A DNA stretch of 64,000 nucleotides from Myxococcota bacterium. GTDB taxonomy: Bacteria; Myxococcota_A; UBA796; CAJQPC01. This document shows, in pieces, positions 60,130-64,000 of this stretch. Made by a program: the position numbers and the translations under genes. Location of the stretch: contig JAZAMN010000047.1 of NCBI GenBank assembly GCA_036229005.1, forward strand, positions 21,339-85,338, given 5' to 3'. Numbering within the stretch: the first letter of the stretch is position 1; the number at the start of each line of letters is the position of its first letter. Under the pieces are notes generated by a model that did not search any database, had not been told where the DNA came from, and saw only the letters and a list, made by a program, of their open reading frames with translations.

Positions 60130-61320
60130 TCACTCGGCGGCGAGCAGGGTCTGGATGGCGGTCTCGTAGGACTCGAGCACGCTCTGCTGCTCGGCCAGGC
60201 GCACCTGGAGCCCGGCCACGTGGTCCTGGCTGTCCTCCAACAGGTAGGTGCTGGAGGAGGCGAGCTTCCGGGTGGAGACGCCCACGCTGCCGGTGTCCAC
60301 GCCCAGGGTGGAGGCGCTCAGATCGCTCAGCTTGAGGGTGTAGCGGCAGGTGGTGGCGTTGCAGTTGGAGACCTGCACGTCCAGGACGGTGTTGGTGCCG
60401 TCCGCGAGCGCGATGCGTTCGTACTCGGTGTTCGCGGAGATGGTGTCGATCAGGTCGGCGTACTCGGCGAACCCGTCCTGCAGCAGGGTGCGGTCGCTGG
60501 CGCTCAGGCCGTCCTGGTCGGAGGCCTCGGCGAGCGCGTGCATCTCGGCCAGCGCGTCCTGGACTGTGACCATCGCGTTGTCCATCAGGGCGACGATCTC
60601 CAGGCCGTCCTGCACGTTCTCCAGGAGCTGGAGCAGCTCGGCTTGCTCGGCGTCGTCGGTGTAGCGCAGGTCCTCGCCGGTGTCCCAGGGTGCGCCGGTG
60701 TCGGGGGTGCCCAGCAGGTCCAGGAGGTGATCCCGCTCCCCCTCGAGCACCACGAGCTTCCCTCGGTAGTGCCCCCTGCAGTCGGCGACCTCATCCAGGG
60801 CGCTGTCCAGGGAGTCGATCGCCGAGCGGGCCGAGTTCACGTGCTCCAGGCTCACGCTGCCCGTGTCCACCCCCAACACGTTGGGCCGCAGGTCACAGAG
60901 CTGCACCTGGATGGGCGGCGAGGCCGTGTCGTCCGTGAACTGGTACTCCAGCAGGGTGGTGCTGCCGTCGGTGAGCACGGTGCCGTCGTAGGTGGTGGTC
61001 ACGGCCAGGCGGTCGACCTCGGCCTCGTAGGCCTCGTAGGCGTACTGGTTGTCTTCGCGCAGGTCGTCCGTGCGGGTGTCGCTCGCGGCCTCCAGGGCCT
61101 CCAGCTTCATCTGTTGGATGAGCTCCTGGACGGTCGTGGTGGCGGTGTTGACGGTCTCCACCTCGGCGATGGCGTCCTGCACCTCGACCAGGCGGGAGAC
61201 GATCTCGCTGCTGGCCGTGTCGGCGGTGTCTCCGCTGTCGGCGCTGCGCAGCGCACGTCCCTGGGGGCCCGAGGTGGGCGCGCAGCCCAAGAGGATTGGA
61301 ATGCTGACTCGGAGCGCCAT
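60130..61320 (-). CDS. paralogous flagellin-derived lipoprotein with two tandem D1-like cores
   Basis: MALRVSIPILLGC; QQMKLEALEAASDT, EVDRLA..TTYDG, AIDSLDSALDEV..RG.Y; second copy NVQDGL, ID.IS.NTEY. Confidence 0.85.
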   Translation of the reverse strand: MALRVSIPILLGCAPTSGPQGRALRSADSGDTADTASSEIVSRLVEVQDAIAEVETVNTATTTVQELIQQMKLEALEAASDTRTDDLREDNQYAYEAYEAEVDRLAVTTTYDGTVLTDGSTTLLEYQFTDDTASPPIQVQLCDLRPNVLGVDTGSVSLEHVNSARSAIDSLDSALDEVADCRGHYRGKLVVLEGERDHLLDLLGTPDTGAPWDTGEDLRYTDDAEQAELLQLLENVQDGLEIVALMDNAMVTVQDALAEMHALAEASDQDGLSASDRTLLQDGFAEYADLIDTISANTEYERIALADGTNTVLDVQVSNCNATTCRYTLKLSDLSASTLGVDTGSVGVSTRKLASSSTYLLEDSQDHVAGLQVRLAEQQSVLESYETAIQTLLAAE

Positions 61321-61386
61321 CGTGCCCCTCCCTGTGTCTTGGTGGCGACCACAGGTCGGTCGCGTCGGCTTGGGCTGAAGTCCTCT

Positions 61387-62664
61387 TCAATCCTCGAACA
61401 TCGTCTCCAGCTCGCGGAGAACGGCTGGATCCGCCACCAGGGCCTCGATGCGTGCGATGGCGTCCGGTCCGATCTGCCCCAGGGGGCAGAGGATCATCCA
61501 GTCCGAGAGCAGCTCGGTGTCGTGCCAGCCGCGGTCGCCTTCGCGCAGCCAGGGGACATCGTGGGGTTGATTCAGGCAGCTCAGGTCCAGCCCGCGCTCC
61601 CCCAGGCCGTGCAGGTCGAACCAGATGTGCTCGCGCCCGTGGGCCCGGGTCGGAATGCCCAGCTTTACCAGGAAGCGCAGGGCCGGGCTCTCCTGGTGCG
61701 CTCGCCACAGCGCCAGCATGCGGTCGAAGCGGTGGATGGCCAGGGCGGTGCGCCGCGCGGTCTCCAGGTCGGAGACGTAGAGCAGCGGGTGGCCCTCCAT
61801 CTGCTCGGCATACCGCGTCGGGCTGCGGTGGTTGTGTCCCCAGAGCAGGCCCTTCTCCTTGACGGCGAGGACCCCTCGGTGCGGATGGTGCAGCGGGTCG
61901 CGCTCGTCGGGGCCGCCGTGTCGCACGCGCCCGAGCTTGTCCAGGGCGGTGTCCACGTCCAGCCACACCAGGGGCATGTCCTGGCCGACCTCGAAGGGCT
62001 CGTCGGACTCGGGGACCCCGTGGTCCAGCATCAGCGTCGCCGCCGTGTTCAGGAGCTGGGCCATGTTCGCCGCCTGGTCGCGGGGGATGTCGACCATGTC
62101 CAGTTCGATGACGCCGCAGCGGTGCAGTCCGTGGGTGTGCAGCCAGGTGCCCTCGTCCTCCCAGACCGCGTGGATGGTCCACAGCGAGTGCGGGTGGGGC
62201 GGCACCGGGGAGCTCGCCGCCTCCTCCAGCCAGCCCATCGGGTGGGCCGTGAACGCGCTCTGGTCGACCAGCCCGGCGGCCTCGGGGGCGATCAGCGCCA
62301 GGATGCGGAGTTGGATGTGGAAGGCCCGCAGGGGATGCACCGGGTCCAGCATCGTGCGCAGCCCCAGGCTCGACGAGCAGGCCAGCAGCGCCTGGGCCTG
62401 GTCCTCTGGGAGGGAGCCCAGCTCCACGTGGCTGCTCACCAGCTCGCGGTCGGTGTGGGTCTTGTAGACCTGGAGCTGCAGCTCGGTGTCCTCGTCTGCG
62501 TAGGTCAGGTCCAGAGCCCACTCCAGCTCCGGGTCGTCGGGCGGTGCAGGCTCCAGCCGCGAGATGGGCAGATCCGCCTCCTCCAGCCGCCGGATCACCG
62601 CGCTGATCCCCAGCGTGGGCGCGTGGGCGGGCAGGGGGGCTTCCAGGATGGACGGGAGCTGCAT
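61387..62664 (-). CDS. DUF4026-like protein with C-terminal DUF2314-like segment
   Basis: WLHTHGLHRCGVIELD, EHIWF, LNQP motifs; GGAG before ATG. Confidence 0.72.
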   Translation of the reverse strand: MQLPSILEAPLPAHAPTLGISAVIRRLEEADLPISRLEPAPPDDPELEWALDLTYADEDTELQLQVYKTHTDRELVSSHVELGSLPEDQAQALLACSSSLGLRTMLDPVHPLRAFHIQLRILALIAPEAAGLVDQSAFTAHPMGWLEEAASSPVPPHPHSLWTIHAVWEDEGTWLHTHGLHRCGVIELDMVDIPRDQAANMAQLLNTAATLMLDHGVPESDEPFEVGQDMPLVWLDVDTALDKLGRVRHGGPDERDPLHHPHRGVLAVKEKGLLWGHNHRSPTRYAEQMEGHPLLYVSDLETARRTALAIHRFDRMLALWRAHQESPALRFLVKLGIPTRAHGREHIWFDLHGLGERGLDLSCLNQPHDVPWLREGDRGWHDTELLSDWMILCPLGQIGPDAIARIEALVADPAVLRELETMFED

Positions 62665-62806
62665 GGGGTCTCCAGGGGAGGAACATAGCCCTTGGCGCTC
62701 GCAGCCAGCGGGGCCCACCGTCCGGAATGCGGGGTCCTACCAAGCCCCTCTGCCATCCAGGCGCCGGCGAGGACAGGCTGGGCGTGTCGAAAGCGATCCG
62801 ATTGCC

Positions 62807-62835
62807 TTGCCGTTGGCACAGCGGGTCGCTATAAG
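62807..62835 (+). promoter_or_regulatory. sigma-70-type promoter of tRNA-Val
   Basis: TTGCCG-N17-TATAAG followed by a GC-rich discriminator. Confidence 0.7.
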
Positions 62836-62847
62836 GCTGGGGCTCCT

Positions 62848-62922
62848 GGGCGATTAACTCAGTGGGAGAGTGCTACCTTCACACGGTAGAAGTCACTGGT
62901 TCGAATCCAGTATCGCCCACCA
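62848..62922 (+). tRNA. tRNA-Val (anticodon CAC)
   Basis: Acceptor GGGCGAT/ATCGCCC, D arm ACTC/GAGT, anticodon arm CTACC-TTCACAC-GGTAG, TTCGAAT T loop, encoded CCA. Confidence 0.97.
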
Positions 62923-62926
62923 TCCG

Positions 62927-62978
62927 AAAAACGAAAGAAGCTCCCGTCGACTTGTCGACGGGAGCTTTCTTCGTTTTT
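62927..62978 (+). terminator. intrinsic (bidirectional-type) terminator after the tRNA
   Basis: AAGCTCCCGTCGA-CTTG-TCGACGGGAGCTT with A-rich and T-rich flanks. Confidence 0.88.
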
Positions 62979-63275
62979 CGGGGTGGGGGTGAAACGCAAT
63001 GGGCGGCGGGGGGGCTGTGGGAGTTCGACACGGTCTTCAGCCGCCCACTGCGTCTACCCCCACCATGTAGAGGACCGTGTGGCTTTGCCGACCGCGGGTT
63101 TCTTCGTTTTTCGGGGTGGGGGTGAAACGCAACGGGCGGCGGGGGCGCTGTGGGAGTTCGACGCGGTCTTCAGCCGCCCACTGCGTCTACCCCCACCATG
63201 TAGAGGACCGTGTGGCTTTGCTGACCGCGGGTTTCTTCGTTTTTCGGGGTGGGGGTGAAACGCAATGGGCGGCGG
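62966..63275. repeat. 133-bp tandem repeat (2 full copies plus the start of a third), each a long stem-loop
   Basis: GGGGTGGGGGTGAAACGCAA starts at 62980, 63113 and 63246. Confidence 0.9.
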
Positions 63276-64000
63276 AACCGTCCTCCCAGTCCGCATCGCC
63301 TCCCAGCCGCCCACCAACGCGGCGACCGGCCACCGGCGACTGGCGACCGGCGATGGCGAGCTTCCAAGCTCCAGTGTTGGTGGCAGCCGACTTGGGGAGG
63401 CGCCTCGGGGAGGGCCCGGCACTGCGTGCGGGCCACGATTTCATCGCCCGCCAGGGGCACCCAGGGCCCAGGAAAGCCTCGACGTCATGCCGGTCCCCGG
63501 TCGCCGGTCGCCGGTCGCCGAGACGGATCAAAGCCGGTCTTCGTCTTTATAGGTTGGGGTGAAACGCAACGGGCGGCGGAACAGTCCGCATCGCCTCCCA
63601 GCCGTCCTCCCCCAACGCGGCGACCGGCCACCGGCGACTGGCGACCGGCGATGGCGTGCTTCCAAGCTCCAGTGTTGGTGGCAGCCGACTTGGGGGGCGC
63701 CTCGGGGAGGGCCCGGCACTGCGTGCGGGCCACGATTTCATCGCCCACCAGGGGCACCCAGGACCCACGAGAGCCTCGACGTCATGCCGGTCCCCGGTAG
63801 CCGGTCGCCGGTCGCCGAGACGGATCAAAGCCGGTCTTCGTCTTTCTAGGTTGGGGTTAAGCGCAACGGGCGGCGGAACAGTACGCATCGCCTCCCAGCC
63901 GTCCTCCCCCAACGCGGCGACCGGCCACCGGCGACTGGCGACCGGCGATGGCGTGCTTCCAAGCTCCAGTGTTGGTGGCAGCCGACTTGGGGGGGGCGCC
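63246..64000. repeat. about 300-bp tandem repeat with inverted GGCGACC heptamer runs, running off the window edge
   Basis: Equivalent positions at 63257, 63561 and 63858 (periods 304 and 297). Confidence 0.9.

Noticed and set aside
61321..61386. Sigma-28 (FliA) promoter upstream of the flagellin-like genes
   Set aside because: Only weak GCCGAC/ACCGAC-like words, with no TAAA-N15-GCCGATAA arrangement
62862..63912. ORFs overlapping the tRNA and downstream repeats
   Set aside because: Periods of 133 and 304 bp are not multiples of 3, copies contain indels, and one ORF overlaps the tRNA
62848..64000. Genomic island or prophage integrated at tRNA-Val
   Set aside because: No integrase and no duplicated tRNA 3' end within the window; cannot be excluded beyond the edge

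Overview
A GC-rich (roughly 70% by eye) bacterial chromosomal window. The gene repertoire (MopE/FG-GAP lipoproteins, DWG-type Ser/Thr kinase, PP2C-cNMP phosphatase, DUF6918-like protein) suggests an uncultured Myxococcota/deltaproteobacterial lineage; this is inference. About 60 CDS are supported. They include TCA genes (eukaryote-type citrate synthase, monomeric IDH, sucCD), ndk, msrB, an aldehyde dehydrogenase, a sulfide-oxidation unit (type II SQR, DUF1641-repeat protein, divergent sigma-54 activator with a visible -24/-12 promoter and enhancer palindromes), a carotenoid operon (crtL/Y-crtE-crtI-crtB-carH plus a divergent CrtC-like gene), and many predicted lipoproteins. One tRNA-Val(CAC) is present. 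The most unusual signal is a pair of tandem genes at 58889-61320. Each encodes a predicted lipoprotein built from two head-to-tail flagellin D1 cores without the D0 polymerisation/export segments, which suggests a surface-anchored, non-filament flagellin derivative. Other notable items are extremely short lipoprotein signal peptides followed by D-[ST]-[GA]-rich linkers across the window, a signal peptidase I homolog with both catalytic residues substituted, and three unrelated non-coding structured repeat regions (18374-18640, 24894-26415, 62966-64000). No integrase, transposase, reverse transcriptase, cas gene or CRISPR array was seen. All family assignments come from motif recognition by eye, not from database searches.
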